DNA of 64,000 nucleotides from an uncultured Candidatus Saccharibacteria bacterium (GTDB lineage: Bacteria > Patescibacteriota > Minisyncoccia > Phycocordibacterales > UBA1006). Below are positions 37,554 through 46,967 of this stretch, in pieces. Position 1 is the first letter of the stretch, and the number at the start of each line of letters is the position of its first letter. The notes beneath the pieces were generated by a model. That model saw only the letters and a program-made list of their open reading frames with translations. It did not search any database and had not been told where the DNA came from. The translations under genes and the position numbers were made by a program. The stretch lies in contig CAZQDL010000001.1 in NCBI GenBank assembly GCA_964592365.1, positions 146,989 to 210,988 of the forward strand, read 5' to 3'.

Positions 37554-38060
37554 ATGAAATTAAAAGGATTCACCTTAATTGAACTACTTGTAGTAGTAGC
37601 TATCATTGGAATATTGGCAACCGTGGTGTTAGCATCCTTAGGAAGTGCACGGGAAAAGGCAAAATTCACTAAGCTCGTTGCAAACATTAATCAGCTTGAA
37701 AAAGAATTGCATACTAATAATCCGGGGGTATGGTGGACTGAGCTACCAGGTAATATTATTCCAGCTAGTTCAAATGTTAATGTAACTAAATTTAATTTTG
37801 ATGGATACACCTTTGCATACGATAATGATGCGGATATCAGGCCTAATGCTGATTGTATGGCTAGTGAAGCTGAAATGGTAAGAGGTGTTAGTATTATCGT
37901 ACTTGGACTAACAAGTGCTGATTTTATTACTCTTAATGACTATATTGATCAAGGTGAAAAGAATTATACTACCACCAACAAGAACCTTTGCGGAAAGCTA
38001 TTATGGTACAGCCCTTCAGCTTCAGTAATGTATAGAGTGGCTAATAATTCCTTTGAATAA
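37554..38060 (+). CDS. type IV pilin / pseudopilin-like protein 4 (ORF track start 37527)
   Basis: MKLK|[23 protein letters not shown]. Confidence 0.8.
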   Translation: MKLKGFTLIELLVVVAIIGILATVVLASLGSAREKAKFTKLVANINQLEKELHTNNPGVWWTELPGNIIPASSNVNVTKFNFDGYTFAYDNDADIRPNADCMASEAEMVRGVSIIVLGLTSADFITLNDYIDQGEKNYTTTNKNLCGKLLWYSPSASVMYRVANNSFE

Positions 38061-38084
38061 ACTACTAAAATAGTAGTTTTTTTG
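38058..38084 (+). terminator. rho-independent terminator after pilin 4
   Basis: AACTACTA-AAA-TAGTAGTT plus T7. Confidence 0.65.
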
Positions 38085-38302
38085 TTTGACTAAAAACAAT
38101 TCATAAGTAGTATAAGCACTATCACAACTTGTGTTGTTGTGTTTTTTTATGGAAAACTCATTATTTTCCTGTAAACGACACTTGTTCTTCTGAACACTTG
38201 TCTAGCGCTAGATTATTAATACACAGATGGAGGTAACAGATGCAACACATACCCTTTTTGAGGTAGCCGTCGGTTGCCCTATCGCTTAACTAAAAACAAA
38301 CT

Positions 38303-39499
38303 ATGTCAGAAACTTTCGACAGAAGTAAAACCCATATCAACGTGGGAACTATTGGACACGTTGACCACGGGAAAACTACTCTTACTGCAGCTATTCTTCA
38401 CTCATTGAACTTAGCTGGAAAAAAGGTAAAAATGAAGGACGTATCAGGAATTGACAACGCTCCTGAGGAACGAGAACGAGGAATTACTATCTCAATCTCA
38501 CACAACGAGTATGAATCAGATAGTCGACACTACGCACACATTGATGCGCCAGGTCACGCTGATTACATCAAGAACATGATTACTGGTGCTGCTCAAATGG
38601 ACGGTGCTGTAATCGTAGTTGCAGCTACTGATGGACCTATGCCTCAAACTCGAGAACACATTCTTCTTGCTAAGCAAGTGGGTGTTCCAAACATCATTGT
38701 ATTCATCAACAAAGAAGATATGATGGCAGGAGAAGAGGAAATGATCGATCTTGTAGAAGAAGAAATGCGAGAACTACTTACTAAGTATGATTTCGATGGA
38801 GCAAACGCACCTGTTATCAGAGGATCTGCACTTAAGGCACTTGAATCTGATTCAGTTGATAATCCATGGGTACAAAAGGTTATTTCTTTGGTTGACGCTA
38901 TGGATACCTTCTTCCCAGACCCAATTCGAGAACTAGATAAACCATTCCTAATGCCTGTTGAAGATATTTTCTCAATCGAAGGACGAGGAACAGTTGTTAC
39001 TGGAAAAATCGAACAAGGAAAGGTAAAAGTTGGAGAAACTATTCAAATTGTTGGAATCAAGGATACTGTTTCAACAACAGTTACTGGAGTTGAAATGTTT
39101 AACAAACAACTTCAAGAAGGTCTTGCTGGAGACAACGCTGGAATTCTTCTACGTGGTCTAAAGAAAGATGAAATTACTCGAGGACAAGTGCTTGCAGCAC
39201 CTGGATCAATTACTCCTCATACTGAATTCGAAGCAGAAATTTATGTTTTGAAGAAAGAAGAAGGAGGACGACACACTCCATTCTTTAAAGGTTACAAACC
39301 TCAGTTCTACATCCGTACAACTGACGTAACTGGAGAAATCGAACTTCCAGAAGGAACAGAAATGGTAATGCCTGGAGATACTATTACTCTTAAGGTAAAA
39401 CTACAAGTTCCAGTAGCTATCAACGGAAACATGCGATTTGCAGTTCGTGAAGGAGGACGAACCGTTGGAGCTGGAGTAGTTACTAAGATTGTCGCGTAA
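38303..39499 (+). CDS. tuf: elongation factor Tu
   Basis: [33 protein letters not shown], and the full 398-aa EF-Tu architecture. Confidence 0.95.
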   Translation: MSETFDRSKTHINVGTIGHVDHGKTTLTAAILHSLNLAGKKVKMKDVSGIDNAPEERERGITISISHNEYESDSRHYAHIDAPGHADYIKNMITGAAQMDGAVIVVAATDGPMPQTREHILLAKQVGVPNIIVFINKEDMMAGEEEMIDLVEEEMRELLTKYDFDGANAPVIRGSALKALESDSVDNPWVQKVISLVDAMDTFFPDPIRELDKPFLMPVEDIFSIEGRGTVVTGKIEQGKVKVGETIQIVGIKDTVSTTVTGVEMFNKQLQEGLAGDNAGILLRGLKKDEITRGQVLAAPGSITPHTEFEAEIYVLKKEEGGRHTPFFKGYKPQFYIRTTDVTGEIELPEGTEMVMPGDTITLKVKLQVPVAINGNMRFAVREGGRTVGAGVVTKIVA

Positions 39500-39520
39500 G
39501 CGTCCTTAGTATTATTTAGC

Positions 39521-39847
39521 ATGGCAACAAAAGAACAGTCAGGGTCAACCCTGAGAATTCGTGTTCGTGCTTACGAGAGTAAAATCCTCGATACCTCAGT
39601 AAAGCAAATAATGGATACTGCTGCTTCATTTGAAGCAGAAACACGCGGTCCTATTCCATTGCCTACTGAAATTAAAAAGTACACGGTAAACCGTGCTTCA
39701 TTCGTATACAAAGATGCTCGAGAGCAATTTGAAACACGAATCCACAAGCGATTGATTGATATTATCAATCCAACTCCTAAAGTGGTTGAAGCACTTACCA
39801 ACATGAACTTACCATCTGGAGTCGACATCGACGTAAAGATGATCTAA
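39521..39847 (+). CDS. rpsJ: 30S ribosomal protein S10
   Basis: IRVRAYESKILD...RGPIPLPT...RIHKRLIDIINPT. Confidence 0.9.
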   Translation: MATKEQSGSTLRIRVRAYESKILDTSVKQIMDTAASFEAETRGPIPLPTEIKKYTVNRASFVYKDAREQFETRIHKRLIDIINPTPKVVEALTNMNLPSGVDIDVKMI

Positions 39848-39964
39848 GAAGAGGATATTCCTCACATTATTCAAAACTAACTCACGTTATGACGTTGGTT
39901 TTGGCGACATGATGATCCTTGTAATCATTATGTCGTTGAAACAAAACACATAACCACTGAGACT

Positions 39965-40618
39965 ATGGGTGTACCTTCGAAAGAAGCACTGCATCCTGAT
40001 ATCACTATGAAATATATTTTAGGTACAAAAGAGCAGATGACACAAATCTTCAATGAAGATGGAATGGTTATTCCTGCAACAATTATTTCTGTTCCAAATG
40101 CAACTATTACGCAAGTAAAGACATCTGAAAAAGATGGATATACTGCAGTACAAATTGCTTCAGGAGAAAGAAAAGAAAAGAATATTAACAAAGCTCAACT
40201 AGGACACTTTGCTGAATTGGGAAATTTCCGACATGTTTGTGAATTTCGTATGAAAGACGTACAGGGTCTAGAAAAAGGAGCTACTATTACGGTAGATACT
40301 TTTGAAGTAGGAGATACCGTTACCGTAAGTGGAGTATCAAAAGGAAAGGGGTTCCAAGGAGTTGTAAAAAGACATAATTTCCAAGGAGCACCTACTTCAC
40401 ACGGACACCGACATGATACTCGACGTCCAGGTTCTATCGGAGCTGGAGGTCCACAACGAGTTTTCAAAGGAACTCGAATGGCAGGACGAATGGGTTCTGA
40501 TCGAGTAAGTGTAAAGAATTTGACCGTGGTAGCAGTCGATACCGCATCACAAAAATTACTCGTTAAAGGTGCAGTTCCAGGAAAACGTGGAACTATGCTT
40601 GAAATTGTTTCACAATAA
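39965..40618 (+). CDS. rplC: 50S ribosomal protein L3
   Basis: GVSKGKGFQGVVKRHNFQGAPTSHGHRH... L3 signature. Confidence 0.9.
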   Translation: MGVPSKEALHPDITMKYILGTKEQMTQIFNEDGMVIPATIISVPNATITQVKTSEKDGYTAVQIASGERKEKNINKAQLGHFAELGNFRHVCEFRMKDVQGLEKGATITVDTFEVGDTVTVSGVSKGKGFQGVVKRHNFQGAPTSHGHRHDTRRPGSIGAGGPQRVFKGTRMAGRMGSDRVSVKNLTVVAVDTASQKLLVKGAVPGKRGTMLEIVSQ

Positions 40619-40622
40619 TCGT

Positions 40623-41291
40623 ATGAAAACAGATATTTACAATCACACAGGTGACGTGAGTGGATCAATTGAACTTCCAACTGATGTTTTTGGTCTTGAA
40701 TGGAATGCTGACTTGGTTCACCAAGTAGTAGTTGGTATGCAATCAAATGCACGAGCTAACACAGCACATACAAAGGATAGATCAGAAGTAAGTGGAGGAG
40801 GGCGTAAACCTTGGCGACAAAAAGGAACTGGACAAGCACGACACGGATCAAAGAGATCTCCAATTTGGAGAGGTGGAGGTATTACTTTTGGACCACGAGC
40901 TGAGCGAAACTACGATAAGAAAATTAACAAAAAAATGAGAGCTAAGGCTTTACTTGTTGCTTTGTCACAAAAGCTACGAGATGGACACGTTCTCTTTGTT
41001 GATGATCTTTCAACTGAAGCTGGAAAAACATCAGCAATGAAAAACATTTTTGAATCATTTGCAAAAGTTAAAGGTTTTGAAACCTTAAACACAAAGAAGC
41101 ATAACAATGTATTTCTTACTGCTGTTGAACCAAAAGATGAGCTAAAGAGATCAGTTAAAAACTTACACCATGTGAGTTTAGCAGATGTTACTAACCTCAA
41201 CGTAGTTGATGTGTTAAATCATCGTTACCTACTTATTAGCAATCCAAAAGAAAGTGTCGACTTCTTATCATCAAAGTTAACAACTAAGTAA
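40623..41291 (+). CDS. rplD: 50S ribosomal protein L4 (ORF track start 40569)
   Basis: GGGRKPWRQKGTGQARHGSKRSPIWRGGG L4 motif; the start was set at MKTDIY immediately after the rplC stop. Confidence 0.9.
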   Translation: MKTDIYNHTGDVSGSIELPTDVFGLEWNADLVHQVVVGMQSNARANTAHTKDRSEVSGGGRKPWRQKGTGQARHGSKRSPIWRGGGITFGPRAERNYDKKINKKMRAKALLVALSQKLRDGHVLFVDDLSTEAGKTSAMKNIFESFAKVKGFETLNTKKHNNVFLTAVEPKDELKRSVKNLHHVSLADVTNLNVVDVLNHRYLLISNPKESVDFLSSKLTTK

Positions 41292-41292
41292 T

Positions 41293-41622
41293 ATGGCACT
41301 ATTCAAAAAAGAAGCAGAAACTGAAGTAAAAGAAATTATTTCATCAGAAGATTTTTCTTGGGTACTAAAAAAACCAAGAGTGACTGAAAAGTCAGCATAT
41401 ATTTCTTCTGACAATGCATACACCTTTGATGTATCAGTAGATGCTAACAAGATTCAAATTAAGAAGGCAATTCAAGAGACATACAAGGTAACTCCTCTTA
41501 AGGTAAATGTGATTAATCGAAAAGCGCACAAGGAAACAAAGCGTGGACGAAAGATTCATGTATCTGGTACCAAAAAAGCAATGGTGTATCTAAAGAAAGG
41601 GGACACTATTGAATTGGTATAA
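41293..41622 (+). CDS. rplW: 50S ribosomal protein L23
   Basis: VLKKPRVTEKSA...KIQIKKAIQETYKVTPLKVNVIN. Confidence 0.85.
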   Translation: MALFKKEAETEVKEIISSEDFSWVLKKPRVTEKSAYISSDNAYTFDVSVDANKIQIKKAIQETYKVTPLKVNVINRKAHKETKRGRKIHVSGTKKAMVYLKKGDTIELV

Positions 41623-41674
41623 CACTAATCATTAACTAAAGTTTTCAGTAGCTGATAATTACTGACATGAAGAT

Positions 41675-42517
41675 ATGAAACAATATAAACCAACAACACC
41701 TTCACGAAGAAATATGACAACCTTGTCATACCGTGACATCCTTACCGCAAAAACTCCTTTCAAGGCATTGACCAAGGGAGGAAAGCGATCAGTAGGGCGA
41801 AACAATCAAGGAAAGATTACTACTCGACATAAAGGAGGGGGTAACAAGCGAAAGTATAGAGATATTGACTTCCTATACAGCAAGCATGATATTCCTGCAA
41901 AAATTGAAACAGTAGAATATGATCCAAACCGATCAGCTTTCATTTCATTGGTATGTTACAGCGATGGAGAACGTCGATATGTAGTAATGCCAAAAGGAGT
42001 ACAAGTAGGTGATACTTTCTTGGTATCAGAGAAAGCACCACTTACTCCTGGAAACAGACTTCCACTTCAAAAAATTCCTGTTGGAACTTTTGTATACAAC
42101 ATTGAATTAAAGAAAAATGGAGGAGCGAAATTTGTTCGATCAGCTGGAGCATTTGCTCAGGTAACAGCTCATACTGATACCTTCACAAATATCAAACTTC
42201 CATCTGGAGAAATTCGAAAGGTTCCTAACTCATGTTGGGCATCAATTGGAGAAGTTTCTAACTCTGATTACAAGTTGATTAATAAAGGGAAGGCTGGAAG
42301 ATCTCGATGGTTAGGAATTCGTCCTACTGTTCGAGGTTCAGCTATGAACCCTGTTGATCACCCACACGGAGGAGGAGAAGGAAGACAGGGTATTGGATTA
42401 CGAAGAGGTCCAAAGACTCGTGAAGGAAAACAAGCTTACGGAGTTAAAACACGACGAGCTAAGAAATATTCAAACCAAGCTATCATTACTCGAAGAAAGA
42501 GTAAGAGACAGAAATAA
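41675..42517 (+). CDS. rplB: 50S ribosomal protein L2
   Basis: GRNNQGKITTRHKGGGNKRKYR...DHPHGGGEGR. Confidence 0.95.
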   Translation: MKQYKPTTPSRRNMTTLSYRDILTAKTPFKALTKGGKRSVGRNNQGKITTRHKGGGNKRKYRDIDFLYSKHDIPAKIETVEYDPNRSAFISLVCYSDGERRYVVMPKGVQVGDTFLVSEKAPLTPGNRLPLQKIPVGTFVYNIELKKNGGAKFVRSAGAFAQVTAHTDTFTNIKLPSGEIRKVPNSCWASIGEVSNSDYKLINKGKAGRSRWLGIRPTVRGSAMNPVDHPHGGGEGRQGIGLRRGPKTREGKQAYGVKTRRAKKYSNQAIITRRKSKRQK

Positions 42518-42519
42518 TA

Positions 42520-42550
42520 TAAAAACATCCATGTCATTTGGATGTTTTTA
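42520..42550 (+). terminator. rho-independent terminator immediately after rplB (S10 operon ends here)
   Basis: AAAACATCCA-TGTCATT-TGGATGTTTT plus T. Confidence 0.7.
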
Positions 42551-42566
42551 TATTATAATCTAATTC

Positions 42567-43364
42567 ATGTTTGAATCTTTTATCTTAGGTGCAGTTCAAG
42601 GAATTGCAGAGTGGTTGCCTGTGTCTTCAGAGGCAATGATAGTTTTGGTGAAGAGTAATTTCTTTCCAGATAACGGTGATATTACTAGCTACATACAACT
42701 TGCCATCTTTCTTCATATAGGGACATTACTTGCTGCTTTAGTATATTTTCGTAAGAAAATTTGGAAGTTACTCCAACAATTTTTTTCATATTCATCACAG
42801 ACAAAAGATGTACAGGATTATCTATCATTCATTGTTATTGCAACGTTAGTTTCAGGGATAATTGGATATATACTCCTTGAGGTGGTAAAAAAGTACCAAG
42901 CATTTTTTGAACAGGAATCATTACTTAATGCTATTGTTGCTATTTTCTTATTCATCACAGCACTCCTTTTATATATATCTGAAAATAGAAAGAATAAAGA
43001 AAAGGTGGCTGTTTCTAAATATTCTTCATATATCGTTGGAATATTTCAAGGTTGTTCAGCAATTCCTGGGATTTCTCGTTCTGGTTCAACGATAGCTGCA
43101 ATGGGGTTACTTGGATATGAGAAGGTGTGGGCTCTTGAAATGTCATTCATTCTTTCAATTCCATTGGTATTTTTTGCAAATATTATTTTAAACTATGAGA
43201 TGTTTATGAATATTACTACCAACCACCTTATTGCAATTGCTTCTTCTTTTCTTTTTGGAATCCTTACCATTTCAATTCTCCTAAATGTGGTAAAACGTAT
43301 CAGATTTAGCTACTTTGTTGGATTTTTTGCGTTATTGGTACTTACTTCTTCTTTCTTCATCTAA
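42567..43364 (+). CDS. uppP: undecaprenyl-diphosphatase (BacA/UppP)
   Basis: AVQGIAEWLPVSSEAM and GISRSGSTIAAMGLLG motifs; 8 TM helices. Confidence 0.8.
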   Translation: MFESFILGAVQGIAEWLPVSSEAMIVLVKSNFFPDNGDITSYIQLAIFLHIGTLLAALVYFRKKIWKLLQQFFSYSSQTKDVQDYLSFIVIATLVSGIIGYILLEVVKKYQAFFEQESLLNAIVAIFLFITALLLYISENRKNKEKVAVSKYSSYIVGIFQGCSAIPGISRSGSTIAAMGLLGYEKVWALEMSFILSIPLVFFANIILNYEMFMNITTNHLIAIASSFLFGILTISILLNVVKRIRFSYFVGFFALLVLTSSFFI

Positions 43365-43480
43365 CTTGATTTTTATATAGCTTAGGGTACAGTTAATATG
43401 TATTTGAAACTATTATGAAAGGAATGTGACTATTCCTCCAAATACTCACATGCGTGTATGTTTAAACACGTTAACCTAAC

Positions 43481-43496
43481 GTCACCATCAGGTGAC
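43481..43496 (+). promoter_or_regulatory. hairpin sequestering a Shine-Dalgarno-like AGGTGA 8 nt upstream of the DEAD-box helicase start
   Basis: GTCACC-ATCA-GGTGAC; the 3' arm contains AGGTGA, then acaaaatATG (43504). Confidence 0.35.
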
Positions 43497-43503
43497 ACAA
43501 AAT

Positions 43504-45015
43504 ATGACATTTAAAGATTTTAATTTTAAACCGGATTTATTCCGGGCCATTGAACGTGCTGGTTTTCAAGAACCATCACCGATTCAAGAAAAAGCTATCC
43601 CATTGATTCTTCAAGGAATTGATATTGTAGGGCAAGCACATACAGGAACAGGGAAGACTGCAGCTTTTGCACTTCCAGTTCTTGAAAAGATGACAGGAAA
43701 TGCAGGAGTAGAAACTGTAGTAATCGTACCTACTCGTGAACTTGCTGTACAAGTTGCTGATGAATTTTTTAAGTTTTCAAGAAACTTAAATATTCGTACT
43801 GCTACCGTATATGGAGGAACTTCATACAAGCGTCAAATTGACCATGCTGCAAATGCAGGGGTAATTGTTGCTACACCAGGAAGATTCTTAGACTTACTTT
43901 CACGAAAAAAGATAACACTTAATCCAAGATTCTTAATCTTAGATGAGGCGGATGAGATGTTGAATATGGGATTCTTAGAAGATATTCGAAGAATTCTTCA
44001 GTTCTTTCCAAAACGAGAACAAACTCTTCTTTTCTCAGCGACGATGGCAGAGGAGATCAAAAAGCTTGCATCTACCATTCAGAATAATCCTGAGTTTATT
44101 AGAACTGAACAAGATACCGTTACAAAAAATTCTATTGAACAGTTTTACTACGTTGTTGATGAACATGAACGAGATGATGCTATCATCCGACTTATCGACC
44201 ATGCGGACCCAAAGAAAGCAATTGTTTTCTGTAGGACAAAAAGAGAAACTGCACGTTTATCAGATTTCCTATCATCATTAGGATACAAAACTGAAGCACT
44301 GCATGGTGATGTTGAACAATGGGATCGTCAACGGGTGATGAAGGCCTTTCGAAATAATCAATTTGAAATATTAGTTGCAACAGATGTTGCTGCTCGTGGT
44401 TTAGATGTAAATGGGGTAACTCATGTATTTAACTATCACATTCCTTTCGAATCAGAATCATATGTTCACCGTATTGGAAGAACAGGAAGAGCTAACAAAG
44501 AGGGGGTAGCTATGATGTTGGTAACACCACATGAGTTAAGAGAACTCAAGGCTATTCAAAAAGATGTTGGTTCAGAATTAACCTTAAAATCAGTACCTGC
44601 AAAGAAGATTGATCCACAGGAACATATTCAAACTTTGATCCAAATGGTCGCTGAACAAAAAGTAGAAAAAGATGCAAAGGTTATGTTGAAGAAAATCTCA
44701 CAAGGATTTAGTTCAGAAGTAGTAGCTGAAAAACTACTAACCATTGTTGCGCAAAGTCTTGGATCACATGATCAAATTGGAAAGACTGTTGATGAAGTTG
44801 GAAAGATGATTAGTAGTTTAAGTGATATGGGAAGTTCATCTCCTCGATCACGAAACCAAAGAGGATCTTCACGAGGATTCCAAAAACGTTCATCTTCTTC
44901 TCGAAAACCTCAAAGTGAAGGTGTAAAAAGGGGAACAGGACGTGGAGAAATTCCTATTCCAGAAATTTCAACAACTGCTTCAGGAGCACGTATTATCGCT
45001 CACAAGCTATATTAA
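43504..45015 (+). CDS. DEAD-box ATP-dependent RNA helicase with RG/S-rich C-terminal tail (ORF track start 43492, GTG)
   Basis: PSPIQ (Q motif), HTGTGKT, DEAD, SAT, HRIGRTGR. Confidence 0.85.
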   Translation: MTFKDFNFKPDLFRAIERAGFQEPSPIQEKAIPLILQGIDIVGQAHTGTGKTAAFALPVLEKMTGNAGVETVVIVPTRELAVQVADEFFKFSRNLNIRTATVYGGTSYKRQIDHAANAGVIVATPGRFLDLLSRKKITLNPRFLILDEADEMLNMGFLEDIRRILQFFPKREQTLLFSATMAEEIKKLASTIQNNPEFIRTEQDTVTKNSIEQFYYVVDEHERDDAIIRLIDHADPKKAIVFCRTKRETARLSDFLSSLGYKTEALHGDVEQWDRQRVMKAFRNNQFEILVATDVAARGLDVNGVTHVFNYHIPFESESYVHRIGRTGRANKEGVAMMLVTPHELRELKAIQKDVGSELTLKSVPAKKIDPQEHIQTLIQMVAEQKVEKDAKVMLKKISQGFSSEVVAEKLLTIVAQSLGSHDQIGKTVDEVGKMISSLSDMGSSSPRSRNQRGSSRGFQKRSSSSRKPQSEGVKRGTGRGEIPIPEISTTASGARIIAHKLY

Positions 45016-45040
45016 AACACACGTACGTGTGTTTTTTTAT
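45013..45040. terminator. bidirectional terminator between the DEAD-box helicase and the convergent helicase
   Basis: Perfect palindrome AAACACACGT|ACGTGTGTTT flanked by A- and T-runs. Confidence 0.7.
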
Positions 45041-46704
45041 ATAAAAAGTAAAGCTAGATGAATTTCATTGTATGGAATTTTTTCATTGAGAAATTCATAT
45101 ATTGCTTTTTTCTTTATTGATCCTGTTTCTGTATGTGCATCTTTTACTTTTGAAAGTTCCTTCACTGCTTTTTCTACTTCTTCGATAACTTTATATGAAG
45201 GTTGAAGATAGCTAATATCGATTTCAGTATCTCGTTCAGTAATATCAGTAATATGCTTTATTATCGTTGCAATACTTAGATCTCTTTCATCTGCAATTTC
45301 TTCTAAACTTTTTTGATGTAATAAAAGTTTCTTTGTTTCTTCAAGAGTTGAGGAATTTCCTCCTTCAGATGACTTCCCTCCACCTGTTGCGTTAAGGAAT
45401 TGTTGCACTCGTGTTTCATGCGTTTCTTGAGAAATACCAGACTCTTGTTCATCAAGTGTTTTTGATATTTCCCTCATAGTAATATCAGTTTCACGTACTT
45501 GTGGATCCACCTTTAATGCTTGGTTATTAATACCAAAAAGAGTAAGGCTAGAAATTGATTTAATCCTTGAAAGAGCAACATATCCTTGTCCTGGTTCAAA
45601 TGCACCTGAAAGATCAATCTCAGCGGCATCTAAGGTCATTCCCTGTGATTTGTGAACGGTAATAGCCCAAGCAAGACGAAGGGGAACTTGCTTTACTTCT
45701 GCTTTGACTACTCCTTGTTGATCGGTGTAGGTAAAGCTTACACGTTTTGCGGTGATATTTCTTCCATCAAAGGTTTCAACAATTGGATTGTTGAAGGTAT
45801 CAAAATCGATAATCTTACCTAGAGTTCCATTGATATATTTTTCTTCATAATTGTTTTTGATAAAAAAGACAAGAGCACCTTTTTTAAGTGAAATCCTAGG
45901 AAGAACTAAAGAGCTTGAAAAAATACGTTCAACCCATTTTTGTGCACCTGTATGATGGGCATCAAAGTGAAAGAAAGAACCTTCCAAGTCCTCCAATGCT
46001 TTTTTGTTGATAGCATCAACATTGATATTGTGTGTGTATAGTTTTGTGATATCCGAACTCATTTCTTGAGAGCTCTTTTGTATGGTTCTTGATTGAAGTT
46101 CAAGCATACTTGTTTTTGAAACTTCACCATCTCTTATCTCGTTTAGTAAACAAAGTAATGCATCATCTTCATGTCTATATGATCCTTCAAGATAGCAAAT
46201 TGCTAAATCTAATTCATTCCACAGAGGTGTTTGAAAAATGAAACGAGTATCTTTATTCTTAGACACCGGAGGAAGTTGGAAAAAGTCACCTGTGAGTATA
46301 AGTTGAACTCCACCAAATGATTCCTGACTATTCTTGAAAGCCCTTAGAATCTGATCAATGGTATTAAAGGTTTCAGGATGAAGCATTGATACTTCATCGA
46401 TAATGAGTACTTGTAAATCATTCATCTTTTCAAAAAGATACTTTTTTTCTAGAAGACTTTCAATTTCATATTCATTGAGAGACTCCTTTATTCCCAGTCC
46501 AAAAAAACTGTGGATGGTAACACCATTAATGTGACTTGCTGCAATTCCTGTTGGTGCGGTAATCGCAACTTTTATACTGTGATCATTGAGGAATGATATG
46601 TATTTGTTGAGGGTATATGTTTTTCCAGAACCTGGTCCACCAGTGAGGAATACACTGTTTCCACGTTTCATGATATTCAAAGCCGTTTCTTGGGTCATAG
46701 TCAC
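45037..46704 (-). CDS. Pif1/RecD-like ATP-dependent DNA helicase
   Basis: LTGGPGSGKT Walker A, LIIDEVSM, ITVHKSQGMTLD motifs of the RecD/Pif1 superfamily 1 clade. Confidence 0.75.
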   Translation of the reverse strand: MTMTQETALNIMKRGNSVFLTGGPGSGKTYTLNKYISFLNDHSIKVAITAPTGIAASHINGVTIHSFFGLGIKESLNEYEIESLLEKKYLFEKMNDLQVLIIDEVSMLHPETFNTIDQILRAFKNSQESFGGVQLILTGDFFQLPPVSKNKDTRFIFQTPLWNELDLAICYLEGSYRHEDDALLCLLNEIRDGEVSKTSMLELQSRTIQKSSQEMSSDITKLYTHNINVDAINKKALEDLEGSFFHFDAHHTGAQKWVERIFSSSLVLPRISLKKGALVFFIKNNYEEKYINGTLGKIIDFDTFNNPIVETFDGRNITAKRVSFTYTDQQGVVKAEVKQVPLRLAWAITVHKSQGMTLDAAEIDLSGAFEPGQGYVALSRIKSISSLTLFGINNQALKVDPQVRETDITMREISKTLDEQESGISQETHETRVQQFLNATGGGKSSEGGNSSTLEETKKLLLHQKSLEEIADERDLSIATIIKHITDITERDTEIDISYLQPSYKVIEEVEKAVKELSKVKDAHTETGSIKKKAIYEFLNEKIPYNEIHLALLFI

Positions 46705-46747
46705 ATCATACCATGTGACAGCTTAAGAAATTTGATATACTAATTTA

Positions 46748-46960
46748 ATGGAAGAACAACAACCAAGTATTCAAGAACAGCTTGAGATGCAACAGCAAGC
46801 ACTCTCAAAAATTTATAAGTCTGTTGAAAAGACAAGAAAGTATTTTCTCTATTCAATGATAGGGACCTTAGTAGCTTTTGTATTACCATTAATTATTGCT
46901 GCCTTAATTATCCCTCAAGTGATAAGTTCATTTAATGATAGCTATGGTGGATTATTCTAA
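46748..46960 (+). CDS. small hypothetical membrane protein (70 aa)
   Basis: Single TM (LVAFVLPLIIAALIIPQVI). Overlaps the start of the next ORF; weak support. Confidence 0.3.
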   Translation: MEEQQPSIQEQLEMQQQALSKIYKSVEKTRKYFLYSMIGTLVAFVLPLIIAALIIPQVISSFNDSYGGLF

Positions 46961-46967
46961 AAAAAAT

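Noticed and set aside
38090-38302. tRNA gene upstream of tuf
   Set aside because: No cloverleaf-compatible sequence (no T-arm GTTCGA/GTTCAA with a matching acceptor stem) in the 218-nt leader.
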